Sequence record: DRR723986_4788
Strand: one strand, 5' to 3'
DNA: 51,647 nt
The notes beneath the pieces were generated by a model. That model had not been told where the DNA came from, made no database searches, and was given only the letters and a program-made list of their open reading frames with translations. Of this stretch, positions 9,961 through 19,808 are shown piece by piece (position 1 is the stretch's first letter; each line of letters starts with the position of its first letter). The position numbers and the translations under genes were made by a program.

Positions 9961-10473
9961 ATGAGCAAACAGTGCCCAATTTGTAAGCAGGTTTTCGCCC
10001 ATGGATGGGCTGGAATCGATGCCCACTGGCGTTCTAAACATGAGAGTGTGATGCCGTACGAGGATGCCCGCTTGAAGTACGGCTTTAATCGATATCCTCC
10101 TAAGAGTGTCGGAACCACGTGGGAAGGCAGAGCTAAGAAGGCTGAGAAAGAACTGAGCCTAATGAGAAATAGTAGCTACAAAGAAATTGCCGGCTTGAGG
10201 CGACGGATTGCAGAACTGGAAAGAGTGCATGCGTTGCTTGGCACGGAATCAGTAGTAACTAGCAGGAAACGCATAGATGAACTTGAACGTGAGAACGAAG
10301 GTTACCGTGAAGTAATCTCAAGGCCCTATCTCATTGAAGAAATGGTAAGCCTCGAGGCGCAAGTTACCGCCGCAATGATGGTGATAGCACGGCATGGCCT
10401 TACCGACCAGTTTGCTGATGCGATGGCGAATATCCGTGGAAACATCCATACAACGAGGGGCGAGGATAAATGA
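9961..10473 (+). CDS. Hypothetical protein with C2H2-like zinc-finger N-terminus and coiled-coil C-terminus
   Basis: CPIC-x13-H-x4-H (CPICKQVFAHGWAGIDAHWRSKH); heptad-like LRRRIAELER and RKRIDELEREN. Confidence 0.55.
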   Translation: MSKQCPICKQVFAHGWAGIDAHWRSKHESVMPYEDARLKYGFNRYPPKSVGTTWEGRAKKAEKELSLMRNSSYKEIAGLRRRIAELERVHALLGTESVVTSRKRIDELERENEGYREVISRPYLIEEMVSLEAQVTAAMMVIARHGLTDQFADAMANIRGNIHTTRGEDK

Positions 10474-10664
10474 CAACTAGGAAACGTATTCCGGTGGACA
10501 TTGATGGTCGCAAACATTCGAGCCTTAAAGGCGGTTTGCGCTCCGAAAACATTAGCTCCAAGGCGTCAGAGCGCAGCGCTATCCGCAAAGGTCTTCGGGC
10601 TGGCAAATGCGTCATGTTCGATGGTCGTTTGATATCACCTATGGGAGCTGAACCAAGCCTCTGA
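10470..10664 (+). CDS. Small basic hypothetical protein
   Basis: 64 aa; GAGG RBS; start overlaps the upstream stop (ATGA). Confidence 0.4.
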   Translation: MTTRKRIPVDIDGRKHSSLKGGLRSENISSKASERSAIRKGLRAGKCVMFDGRLISPMGAEPSL

Positions 10665-10791
10665 AATTGTAGGTAGTCGCCTGGAATGCCGGACGCCAGA
10701 AAGAAGCAGAACTGATTGGTAACCGCGGCGGGATGAACTCGTTCCTAAGCATAAGTTTTCTAGAAACTATGAAACTTCAACGGAAAGACAG

Positions 10792-12270
10792 ATGAAGATC
10801 AAGAATCCACCCGAATCAAGTGCCTTGATGGCAACCGCGCGGAGTTTTGGAAACTATGATTTGTCAGCGGCTCTTGCTGACCTGATCGATAACAGTATTA
10901 AGGCTCGATCTACGAAGATTGATATCGACTTTGATCCTGGCGATGGAGATGTTGCTGTTCGTATTCGTGACAATGGGTGCGGAATGGATGGTGAAACTCT
11001 CATCCGCGCAATGAGACCCGCTAGCAGCCATCCTGAAGAGCAAAGACTGGAAGACGACCTGGGTCGTTTTGGTTGGGGGCTGAAGTCTGCGTCTTTGTCT
11101 CAGGCTAGAGTCATGACTGTAATATCTTGGACCCAAGCAGGTGCTGCAGCCGCGGCGTGGGATATCGATGATATCGACGATTGGGGAATGGAGTATTTAG
11201 AGGGGCAAGATGCCCTGGATCTTCTGGGAGATTCTCCGTCAACAGAATCTGGCACTGAGGTACGCTGGCACAAAACCGACCGACTGCTGCAAGACTTCGG
11301 TGAAACGGACTTTCAGGATGCGCTGACGCATCTTATTGCTCAAGCGAGAGAAAGCTTATCTCTTATATTTCACCGCTATATCACAGGCGATGGTGGTACA
11401 AAACTGACGATACGCATGAATGGATCTGAATTACCCAAAGTTGATCCCTTCTTGAGATCAAATCCAGCCACTCAGAGCACCGAAGCAGAGAAGATAGTGA
11501 TGGCGAATGGAGGAACGATCTATCTCCAGCCCTACGTACTGCCACACTTTTCAAAGTTGACCCCAGAAGCACAGCGAACGTTGGGAGGCGCCGAGGGCAT
11601 GGTGCGCAATCAGGGATTCTATGTGTACAGGAATAGGCGACTAATTATTCATGGTACCTGGTTCAAGCTAATTCCACATCGAGATATTTCTCAGTTAACT
11701 CGTGTGATGGTAGATCTGCCCAATAGTGTCGATCATGACTGGCGAATAACTTTGGATAAGTCTGGCGCTCAGCTCCCCAGCGAGCTCAAGAAGCGTTTAC
11801 GAGAAATCGTGAAGAAGTTCAATCGAAAGTCATATGCGGTCCATAAGAAAAAAGGAGTGTCTCTGGATCGAAAAGATAGGAGCCCTGTTTGGAACAGGAC
11901 TCTGAAGGGTGGCCTGGTTCGCTATACAGTTAACAGACAGCACCCAATGATCGAACAATTACTGGCGCAGTCCGAAGCGATTGGCGAGTCATTCGACTTG
12001 CAGGCGGTTTTAAGCTTGCTCGAGTCGTACTTTCCCACGGACAGTTTCCTCAAGGATTCCTCAAGTTTGGAGATTAACCAGACCATAACTTCAGATGAGG
12101 ACTTCGAGGAGTTAATTATGAAGTGTGTCATTACGTACGTGCAGACGCGCCCCGCTCCACATAGTCTCGAAGACTTCCTGGTTTATATGAAACCCATTGA
12201 GCCCTTCGCCAGTCACTGGGTTTTTGCCGAGGAGTTCGTCAGAAACAACGCCTCATCCATTTTGGAGTAA
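10792..12270 (+). CDS. GHKL (MutL/MORC-like) ATPase, MzaB-like
   Basis: ALADLIDNSI, IRDNGCGM, DLGRFGWGLKSAS, QGFYVYRNRRLI. Confidence 0.85.
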   Translation: MKIKNPPESSALMATARSFGNYDLSAALADLIDNSIKARSTKIDIDFDPGDGDVAVRIRDNGCGMDGETLIRAMRPASSHPEEQRLEDDLGRFGWGLKSASLSQARVMTVISWTQAGAAAAAWDIDDIDDWGMEYLEGQDALDLLGDSPSTESGTEVRWHKTDRLLQDFGETDFQDALTHLIAQARESLSLIFHRYITGDGGTKLTIRMNGSELPKVDPFLRSNPATQSTEAEKIVMANGGTIYLQPYVLPHFSKLTPEAQRTLGGAEGMVRNQGFYVYRNRRLIIHGTWFKLIPHRDISQLTRVMVDLPNSVDHDWRITLDKSGAQLPSELKKRLREIVKKFNRKSYAVHKKKGVSLDRKDRSPVWNRTLKGGLVRYTVNRQHPMIEQLLAQSEAIGESFDLQAVLSLLESYFPTDSFLKDSSSLEINQTITSDEDFEELIMKCVITYVQTRPAPHSLEDFLVYMKPIEPFASHWVFAEEFVRNNASSILE

Positions 12271-12272
12271 TT

Positions 12273-15044
12273 ATGGAATTTGAACCCGCGCTGGCTTTTG
12301 TTAAAAGCGAAATCGAGAAAGAAATTAAGGGAAGACCAATGGTTCCTGAGGGTTTTCTTGAGGAATTCGTGACGTCCCGTTCAGGATTGTCGCAGATGAT
12401 GAACGACGCACTCAAGGCGAAGCTCGTAAAACATCTTGAGACATACTTTTGGACCGAGAATACGAACGGCCATTCTTTGTCTGTTGAGTTTGACTCCTGG
12501 TATCCAGCTCGCAAGGCTGATGAAGACTATCCAAACTATTACTGGGCTCGATTAAGCAAGTACTGGAATGACTACTCTGTGATTCCCAGAAACGCGATTC
12601 GCTCAACAGACGAAGTCACCGATGAAATCATGGATTACCTTGGTGACCCGTTAAACAACGATTCATGGCTGCGACGGGGGCTTGTAATGGGCCACGTTCA
12701 ATCCGGGAAGACTACGAACTATTCGGCATTGGTCACAAAGGCTGCAGATGCTGGTTATAGAATCATTGTTGTTCTAGCGGGGCTGACTAACTCGCTTCGG
12801 AAGCAGACACAAGAACGGCTAGACCAATCCTTCGTGGGCAAGTCGTCTCTAAGTGACGAGATAAACAACGATTACTACCCTGTATCTAGAGTGATGAGTG
12901 GCGTTGACGGCTACATCCTGCGATCACCATTCTGTGGGACTACTCAAATGAAGGACGTTAATGTCTCTACGCTAAGGGGCATTAGTGCGCTGGAAGGAAA
13001 TTTCGCAGAGCCAATACTGTTCGTAACTAAAAAACATGTTGGAGTGCTCGAGAGGTTGACTCAATGGTTATCGGGTCTCAATGAGAGTCGATTGCTTGAT
13101 GGGCCTATGCTTGTTATTGATGACGAGGCTGATAATGCTTCGGTTAATACGACGGACAGTGAAGTTAGTGTAACGCGCACAAATGAGCGCATCCGCCAAT
13201 TACTCAGATGCTCTCGCCGATCTTCATATGTAGGTTATACCGCTACACCCTTTGCGAACATCTTCATTCATCCGGACTCTAACAGCGAAATGCTGGGAGA
13301 CAACCTCTTCCCAGAACACTTCATAAAGTCCCTTGATCCCCCGGATAACTACGTTGGTGCTAAAGACCTTTTCCTAGAAGGAGGGAAGTACAACGACGTA
13401 TGTGTACGTGAGATACCTGACGACTATCAAGACATATTGCCTTTGAGGCATAAGTCGGACCACGAGTTGGCGGAACTACCCACCAGCCTTGTAGATGCGC
13501 TGTATCAGTACTTTCTGTTTCGAGCGGTGAGAGAGCTCCAGGGCGAAGGCGATCGACACAGCTCAATGATGATAAATGTGAGCCGATTCAATCATGTCCA
13601 AAGCCTCGTTCATGAGCATGTCGAGGATTATAAGAAGCAAGTCGAAGATCATGTAAACGTTTGGGCAAAGAGCTCTCGCTGGCGTGAATCAGAGATTCTC
13701 AGCAGGCTCCATAGAATCTGGAATGAAGAGTATGACCACTTGGTTGACCATACTTGGGATGAAGTTAGGGTCGCGCTGTCTGGCGCCCTTCAGCCAATCA
13801 CCATTGCGCTAGTTAACATGCGTGGGAGCGCACTTGACTATTCAAGCAAGAAGGGACAGCCGGTGCATGTGATCGCAATAGGCGGGTTGGCTTTGGCAAG
13901 AGGTTTGACTCTAGAGGGATTGGCCGTTTCTTACGTACTCAGAAATGTTGGTGCCGGCGATACCCTTCTTCAGTTGGGTCGGTGGTTTGGCTATCGACCG
14001 GGTCATGAAAACCTTTGCAGAATTCATTTGACTGACGAAATGATCAGTCACTTTGAACATGTCAGCGATTCTGTGGAGGAATTACGTGACGATCTAGTGA
14101 GAATGGAGAAACTTGGGAGATCGCCTGGCGAATTTGGACTGAAGGTCCGAGAGAGCCCCACTGGTATCGCAATTACTGCCGCAAATAAGATGAGGAGCTC
14201 TGAGCCTGTTCTTCTGGCCGCGGACTACTCTGAGAAACATGTCCAAGCTTATGAGATCTATAACAGTGCGGACAAAAATCGAAAGCATTGGGAAGCGGTT
14301 CTATCGCTTCATCAAGAGCTTCTCGAACTATACGGAGAATCATACGAAGAAACTGATGGCGCGATGTTATGGCGAGGTGTTCCGTCATCAGTGGTTGTAA
14401 GACTCCTAGGTCAGTTGGACCTTCCGCAGGTCGACTTCTCAATTATGAGCAATGGCAGCACATTACTTAATGACTACATATTGGATCGGGCTTCACACGA
14501 TCGCCGATTAGATCAATGGACGATAGCAATACCGTACGCCCGATCCGCGCAGAAATCCGGTATTGAACGTATTCCATTTCCAATCCCTCTTCGCAATGGC
14601 AGTACGGAAGCCTATTGCAGACAGCGCCTCACAGGAGTCTTGCTGGACAACACCGTAAAGATAACGGAGAAAAATGTTGTCGCAGATCTGGCTGTAAATG
14701 ATCTCGCTCGGGGGGAAGACAAGGACGAGCTGGCAAGCAGACTTGAAGAGCTTAGGGCTGAGAACCCAGACGAGAAGATCACAGTTGAAAGGGGATATCT
14801 GAACCTTAGGGATGAGTCAATTCTTCTTATTCATCTATTTCAGTTTGCGTTGCGAGCATCTGAAAAAGCCACTGCAGAATTCAGTACACAAGAGCCAGTT
14901 GTAAGCGTGAGCGTAGGCCTGACTGCGACCGATTTTAAGCCGAAGGAACGTCAGTATGCTGCCACAGTAAGAATGATGGAACAGCTTAGAGAGAAGGTGC
15001 AAAACGAAGAGGATGATGACGACTTGGTGAGTAACGATGATTGA
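12273..15044 (+). CDS. Z1-domain protein with SF2-like ATPase N-terminus, MzaC-like
   Basis: GHVQSGKT, IDDEAD, YTATPFAN, GGLALARGLTLEGL, DTLLQLGRWFGYRPG. Confidence 0.88.
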   Translation: MEFEPALAFVKSEIEKEIKGRPMVPEGFLEEFVTSRSGLSQMMNDALKAKLVKHLETYFWTENTNGHSLSVEFDSWYPARKADEDYPNYYWARLSKYWNDYSVIPRNAIRSTDEVTDEIMDYLGDPLNNDSWLRRGLVMGHVQSGKTTNYSALVTKAADAGYRIIVVLAGLTNSLRKQTQERLDQSFVGKSSLSDEINNDYYPVSRVMSGVDGYILRSPFCGTTQMKDVNVSTLRGISALEGNFAEPILFVTKKHVGVLERLTQWLSGLNESRLLDGPMLVIDDEADNASVNTTDSEVSVTRTNERIRQLLRCSRRSSYVGYTATPFANIFIHPDSNSEMLGDNLFPEHFIKSLDPPDNYVGAKDLFLEGGKYNDVCVREIPDDYQDILPLRHKSDHELAELPTSLVDALYQYFLFRAVRELQGEGDRHSSMMINVSRFNHVQSLVHEHVEDYKKQVEDHVNVWAKSSRWRESEILSRLHRIWNEEYDHLVDHTWDEVRVALSGALQPITIALVNMRGSALDYSSKKGQPVHVIAIGGLALARGLTLEGLAVSYVLRNVGAGDTLLQLGRWFGYRPGHENLCRIHLTDEMISHFEHVSDSVEELRDDLVRMEKLGRSPGEFGLKVRESPTGIAITAANKMRSSEPVLLAADYSEKHVQAYEIYNSADKNRKHWEAVLSLHQELLELYGESYEETDGAMLWRGVPSSVVVRLLGQLDLPQVDFSIMSNGSTLLNDYILDRASHDRRLDQWTIAIPYARSAQKSGIERIPFPIPLRNGSTEAYCRQRLTGVLLDNTVKITEKNVVADLAVNDLARGEDKDELASRLEELRAENPDEKITVERGYLNLRDESILLIHLFQFALRASEKATAEFSTQEPVVSVSVGLTATDFKPKERQYAATVRMMEQLREKVQNEEDDDDLVSNDD

Positions 15045-16002
15045 TCTTTCACAAAAATGGAACCAGATATCCAAACCTCAAAAGAGTTCAGTAAGTATCA
15101 GGGTGGCGGTCGAGCACCCCTTGAATCTTTTCATTGGCTATTCAGATGATGGAAAGAGAGAGCTAAAGCTAAAATCCACGTCGCCGGTTTTTCAAGATAC
15201 TGAGTTACCAGAATTTGAAAATATTGAAATCCGCAGAGATGACGATTCGGAGTCATTTGGTCTCATTGTGTCGCTATCCGATAGCACACTAAAGGATCTT
15301 TTTTCATCAATTTCCGCAGATCTTGTGGAGGCGTCTGGAGAAGCTGATTCTGAGAAGGGCGCTGTGCAGATCTTCATGAATCGCGTTCTTCGTTGGTCCG
15401 AGCTTTTAGAGGAACGGAAGCATCGCGGCATGACTTTCTCTCAGCAACTCGGCTTGCTTGGAGAACTAAAAATGCTTGCTTGGTGCCTCGATAGCGAGTT
15501 GATAAGCGCTGACACTCTGATCCGCGGTTGGCGAGGCCCCAACGGGGATGCACGAGATATCAACCTTGGGTGTATCTCAATTGAAGTGAAGGCGACGCTA
15601 GGTACAGCAAAGAATGTACTGGCGATAAGTTCTTTGGACCAACTTGATACAGGATCTCGACAACTCGTCATCTCTTACTGCCGCTTCTCTCCGTCGGACT
15701 CGTGCGAAAGCCTAAAGACTTTAATCGAAGGAATAGAGACGGCGCTCGGGAAACACTCACCCGCATCTAATATGTTTTGGCGTAAGTTGTACCTTGTGGG
15801 TTTCGATCCAGATGCCGATTACGTCGAAAACGAATATGAGCTACTTAGTAATACGCTTTATAGCGTTTCGGAGACCTTTCCGCGACTTACTGCGAATAAT
15901 GTAGACCCATCTATTCGAAAAGCTAACTACGAAATTGATTGTGCGGGACTCGATAGTTATGTAATTGACGAGAACCGTTTGGAGGAGATGGCTCATGGAT
16001 AA
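15037..16002 (+). CDS. PD-(D/E)XK motif protein (DUF4420-like), MzaD-like
   Basis: GLLGEL, WRGP...RD, IEVKAT, ISSLDQL, FPRL; located between Z1 and AIPR genes. Confidence 0.8.
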   Translation: MIDLSQKWNQISKPQKSSVSIRVAVEHPLNLFIGYSDDGKRELKLKSTSPVFQDTELPEFENIEIRRDDDSESFGLIVSLSDSTLKDLFSSISADLVEASGEADSEKGAVQIFMNRVLRWSELLEERKHRGMTFSQQLGLLGELKMLAWCLDSELISADTLIRGWRGPNGDARDINLGCISIEVKATLGTAKNVLAISSLDQLDTGSRQLVISYCRFSPSDSCESLKTLIEGIETALGKHSPASNMFWRKLYLVGFDPDADYVENEYELLSNTLYSVSETFPRLTANNVDPSIRKANYEIDCAGLDSYVIDENRLEEMAHG

Positions 16003-18067
16003 TCTGGATGTCAATGAGGAGTATCGCCAGTTATCTCAGGAGATCAAAGTCGGCAGCGTGGCCGAGCATGATCTTGGTGCAGCAGAGTTTTTTAGAATTT
16101 ATGCCGCGCTTTCTGCTGAGAATGGAGATACACCAGACTTGGAACCCTGCTCTGTACATTTCCAGGGTCCTCCAAAGCATAAGGTCGATGGTTATGCGCT
16201 AGATCTGGTGGAAGGTGACGGCTCTGAATCGGGCGATCTCTACCTGGTTGTATGTGATTACTCGCAGGTCGAAGAAATGCCGGCTATTAACGCCAAGCAA
16301 GTCGACCAGTTGGTAGATCTTGCTGAGCGATTTTTTAAGCGAGTTCACGATGCGAACTATGTAGATCTGCTAGATGAGACAGATGACGAGTATAGCCTCG
16401 CTCTGCTAATTCGACAGTACTATGAGCGTATCAGTCGGATTCGGATTGTTATTTTTAGTAATCGTCATCTCAAAACGCGAAAGAATGTGTTCGAGACAAG
16501 GCAGGTCGCAGACAAAACCCTACATGTCAATGTGCTCGATATTGAGCGATACGCGAGGATTGCTGCCAGCGGCAACGAACCAATTGAAGTGGACCTGGCT
16601 GGCGACTTTGGCGGAGAACTGGAGAGTCTCGCACCGCTCACCGGCACCGACGACTATTCTGCATTTCTCTTTGCTATACCAGGATCAACACTTGCAGAAG
16701 TCTTTGCTGTTTTCGGTAATAGGCTGCTTGAGCAGAACGTCAGAACTTTCTTGCAGGCACGAACAAACGTCAACAAAGGCATCTTAAAGACTATCTCAGA
16801 AGAACCGGGCATGTTCTTCGCCTACAACAATGGCATAACCGCAACAGCATCAGAGGTGACGGTTGTTGATATTGGCGGCGGTAAGCAAGCGATAAGCTCA
16901 ATCAAGAACTTTCAAATTGTTAACGGTGGGCAGACGACTGCTTCATTGCTTTACGCGCGAGATAGCCTGAAGCGAGACCTTTCTCATGTTCAAGTTCAAG
17001 TAAAACTCAGTGTCATTGAGGAAGAGAGTTTAGAGACGGTTGTTCCGAGGATTTCTGAGTATGCGAATACTCAAAACAAAGTTTCACTAGCGGATTTGGC
17101 ATCAAACAGTCCAGCGCAAATACAAATTCAACGGTTGTCGCGAGAAATTGTACCTCCACAAAAAGCGGGTCATCTGCATGCCGTGAAATGGTTCTACGAG
17201 CGCTCTCGAGGGCAGTATCGAAGCCTTTTCTCCTACAAAACACCTAGTGAAAGAAAGAAGTTAGAGCTCGAGTATCCAAAGAATCAGCTTATTATTAAGA
17301 CTGACTTGGCAAAGTATGAGTATTCCTTCGACGGTCTCCCGCATGTGGTATCTATGGGTGCGCAAAAGTGTTTCCTCAAGTTTACCGAAGACCTTACAAA
17401 GATGGCCGCCACGGGATCATCACTCAATTCTGTGTGGTACCAGCGTTCCATTGCGAAAGCAATTCTGTTTAAAACACTTGATTCGAGCGTTCAAAGATCC
17501 GAATGGTACAAAGTGGATCGGGGTTACAAAGCACAGATCGTTACATACACGATTGCCGCCTGCGCAGATGGTTTCAGACGTGGTTCTCATCAAATTAACC
17601 TCGATATGATTTGGGAGCGTCAAGAAGTACCTAGCAAGTTACTATCTTGGATGTTGGAGCAGGCTCAGTTGGTGGCGAACATACTTAAAAACCCGCCTGC
17701 CGACGTCCGAAATATTACGGAATACGCGAAGAAGGCCGGCTGTTGGGAGACAAGCGTGGCAGGGAAGGTTGGCATCCCAAACGAGAAATTGATTGAAGAT
17801 TTCGGAGTTTCGATACCTGACTTCCAAGGCGTTTACGCATCTGGAAAGCAAGAAGAGAAGCGTAATAAAGAACTTGATCTCGACCTGGCAATTATAAAGT
17901 TGGTTCCCAGAGCTGCAGAGATCCGTGGCATGATCGAGGCGGCAGGCATTAGTTCTCCCAAAAACATATCGGCTTTACGAAAGCTTGAGGCCGCGAACAT
18001 AAATTTGAACAAGGGCGAGAAGAACGCGCTGAAAACAGCTCTCGGGCGCCTTGATGTCGAGCTTTGA
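15995..18067 (+). CDS. AIPR-family protein, MzaE-like
   Basis: RLLEQNVRTFL, FFAYNNGITATA, QIVNGGQTTASL, ANTQNKV, WFYERSRGQY; ATG 15995 after GGAG. Confidence 0.88.
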   Translation: MDNLDVNEEYRQLSQEIKVGSVAEHDLGAAEFFRIYAALSAENGDTPDLEPCSVHFQGPPKHKVDGYALDLVEGDGSESGDLYLVVCDYSQVEEMPAINAKQVDQLVDLAERFFKRVHDANYVDLLDETDDEYSLALLIRQYYERISRIRIVIFSNRHLKTRKNVFETRQVADKTLHVNVLDIERYARIAASGNEPIEVDLAGDFGGELESLAPLTGTDDYSAFLFAIPGSTLAEVFAVFGNRLLEQNVRTFLQARTNVNKGILKTISEEPGMFFAYNNGITATASEVTVVDIGGGKQAISSIKNFQIVNGGQTTASLLYARDSLKRDLSHVQVQVKLSVIEEESLETVVPRISEYANTQNKVSLADLASNSPAQIQIQRLSREIVPPQKAGHLHAVKWFYERSRGQYRSLFSYKTPSERKKLELEYPKNQLIIKTDLAKYEYSFDGLPHVVSMGAQKCFLKFTEDLTKMAATGSSLNSVWYQRSIAKAILFKTLDSSVQRSEWYKVDRGYKAQIVTYTIAACADGFRRGSHQINLDMIWERQEVPSKLLSWMLEQAQLVANILKNPPADVRNITEYAKKAGCWETSVAGKVGIPNEKLIEDFGVSIPDFQGVYASGKQEEKRNKELDLDLAIIKLVPRAAEIRGMIEAAGISSPKNISALRKLEAANINLNKGEKNALKTALGRLDVEL

Positions 18068-18217
18068 TGTGCCATTACTTCGTTTCTAAGCGCATGACCT
18101 ATCCCTAGCCAAAAGTATTTGTATTATGGCTACTGTCATCGCGCGCGAAGGATGGTGTAGATCTGAATCAGCCTACACGCAGTTAGTCGGAGGATTGATC
18201 GATGAGCGAATGTCAGC

Positions 18218-19399
18218 TTAACCGTATGCTGCTTTTGTCTCGTTAATAAATGTTTCTAACGAATAGAGATTTCCCCTAATAGACTCTGGATAAGATTTGT
18301 GTATCGGCTCTGGGACTACCAACTTCACGTTCTCGCTGCGCATTTCGTTAAATTGGTTCTCAGACACGCCATTCTGGAGTGTAAATAAATACGATGTATC
18401 TATCCTATTGGCCTCGTTCAGAATCTGCCGCCAGCGATCTTTTACCGTTGTTTTTACGGCGAGCATTCTCAGTTTGTTAGCTGGGTACTGAGTGTCGTGG
18501 TATTTCTCGCAACTAGGAAATAGAAAATCAGGCTTTTTGTTGGTCTCAGTTGTGCACTGCGTTCCAAACTGAGTTAGTCCTTCTTCACGGAATATATTTT
18601 CGAGGTGTAGTTCCAGGGACTTTCCGGAGCGAGACTTTCTTCTATTTGAGATTGAGTTTGCTAGCTTTATAAAGTCATCAACATCATTAAAACCATCGGT
18701 TATCAGTGGTAGAGAGTGATAGTTCTCTATGAGTTTGAATAGGTCAAACTCATGCTGTCTGCGTCTTACAATTCGTGAATCAGCTGGTAGGTCGGAATGA
18801 AACCTACTCTCAAAGAGATAATTGATGATGTCGCTGCCCGAAGGAAAGTTTGAATTCCATTCCGGTGGATACTTTTCTACCTTCAGAGTCCCAGCTGGAA
18901 GGATGCCCTCGAAGATCACGTCTCCACGCTCAAAGTAGTGGCTTTGTGGGTCTACCTCGCCGATTCTTTCTTCGAGGTAATTTTCTTCCTCGATATCTCT
19001 GCACACCCATGCGCGCATATATTCGGAATCACCAAGATCGGCGTTAAACGCAAAAACAGCTATCGCACCTGTTTTCTCTTTGTCTTGTAAGGGGTTGTAG
19101 CCAACACCCTGTTTCCATCGTGTTATTCGTTTTTCATTCCGCGTTTTTTGATTGTAATAGATGACGCGAAGTCTCTGCTCAGGCACGTCATCTGAGTCGA
19201 CAACCGCGTGGAAAAAGACTTCTGGATTAGCAACATCCTTGCGATTCAATGACGGAAATATTGAGCTCAAAACAGGCTTCGGGAAGTAGATTCCAGCCTG
19301 GTGGCTTTGTGTCGCGCCTGTATCATTTGCTGACAGCCTTTTTACATAGACGATCCATTTTCTGTCGGCCACGTCATGAATCCAGTCCCTGAGCTTCAT
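18218..19399 (-). CDS. EcoRII-like type II restriction endonuclease (probably CCWGG)
   Basis: N-terminal effector domain YVKRLSANDTGAT..HQAGIY; catalytic domain SNRRKSRSGKSLE, KKPDFLFP, AVKTTVKDRWRQIL. Confidence 0.9.
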   Translation of the reverse strand: MKLRDWIHDVADRKWIVYVKRLSANDTGATQSHQAGIYFPKPVLSSIFPSLNRKDVANPEVFFHAVVDSDDVPEQRLRVIYYNQKTRNEKRITRWKQGVGYNPLQDKEKTGAIAVFAFNADLGDSEYMRAWVCRDIEEENYLEERIGEVDPQSHYFERGDVIFEGILPAGTLKVEKYPPEWNSNFPSGSDIINYLFESRFHSDLPADSRIVRRRQHEFDLFKLIENYHSLPLITDGFNDVDDFIKLANSISNRRKSRSGKSLELHLENIFREEGLTQFGTQCTTETNKKPDFLFPSCEKYHDTQYPANKLRMLAVKTTVKDRWRQILNEANRIDTSYLFTLQNGVSENQFNEMRSENVKLVVPEPIHKSYPESIRGNLYSLETFINETKAAYG

Positions 19400-19400
19400 T

Positions 19401-19808
19401 CTATTCCTTCAGTAGTCCTATAAGTTTACTTTGGTAAGTATCCGCTTTTACCTCACACTCCCAGACGATTATCACGCGCCAGCCTAGTTCTTCGAGTTGC
19501 GCGTAATTTCGTTTATCGCGAGCTACGTTTTCGGCGAATTTCTTCATCCAGAAGTCAGTATTTGTCTTGGGTTGGTATGAGTACCTGCATCCCTCATGTC
19601 GGTGCCAATAGCAGCCGTTCACGAATACTGCGGATCGATATTTTCTGAGTGTTATGTCCGGCTTTCCGGGAAGGTTGGCTCGGTGAAGGCTGTAGCGGTA
19701 GCCATTAGCGTGCAAAAACTTTCTTACCATTACCTCCGGCTTGGTGTCGCGCGATCCGATGCGCGACATATTGTAGCTTCGCGTTTTTTTGTCGTGTACA
19801 TCCGCCAT
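19401..19808 (-). CDS. vsr: Very-short-patch repair endonuclease
   Basis: MADVH..TRSYNMSRI, DTKPE, LPGKPDI, FVNGCYWHRH, GWRVIIVWEC. Confidence 0.93.
   Translation of the reverse strand: MADVHDKKTRSYNMSRIGSRDTKPEVMVRKFLHANGYRYSLHRANLPGKPDITLRKYRSAVFVNGCYWHRHEGCRYSYQPKTNTDFWMKKFAENVARDKRNYAQLEELGWRVIIVWECEVKADTYQSKLIGLLKE

Noticed and set aside
9775-10041. 88-aa minus-strand ORF
   Set aside because: Overlaps the better-supported zinc-finger ORF on the other strand; no motifs.
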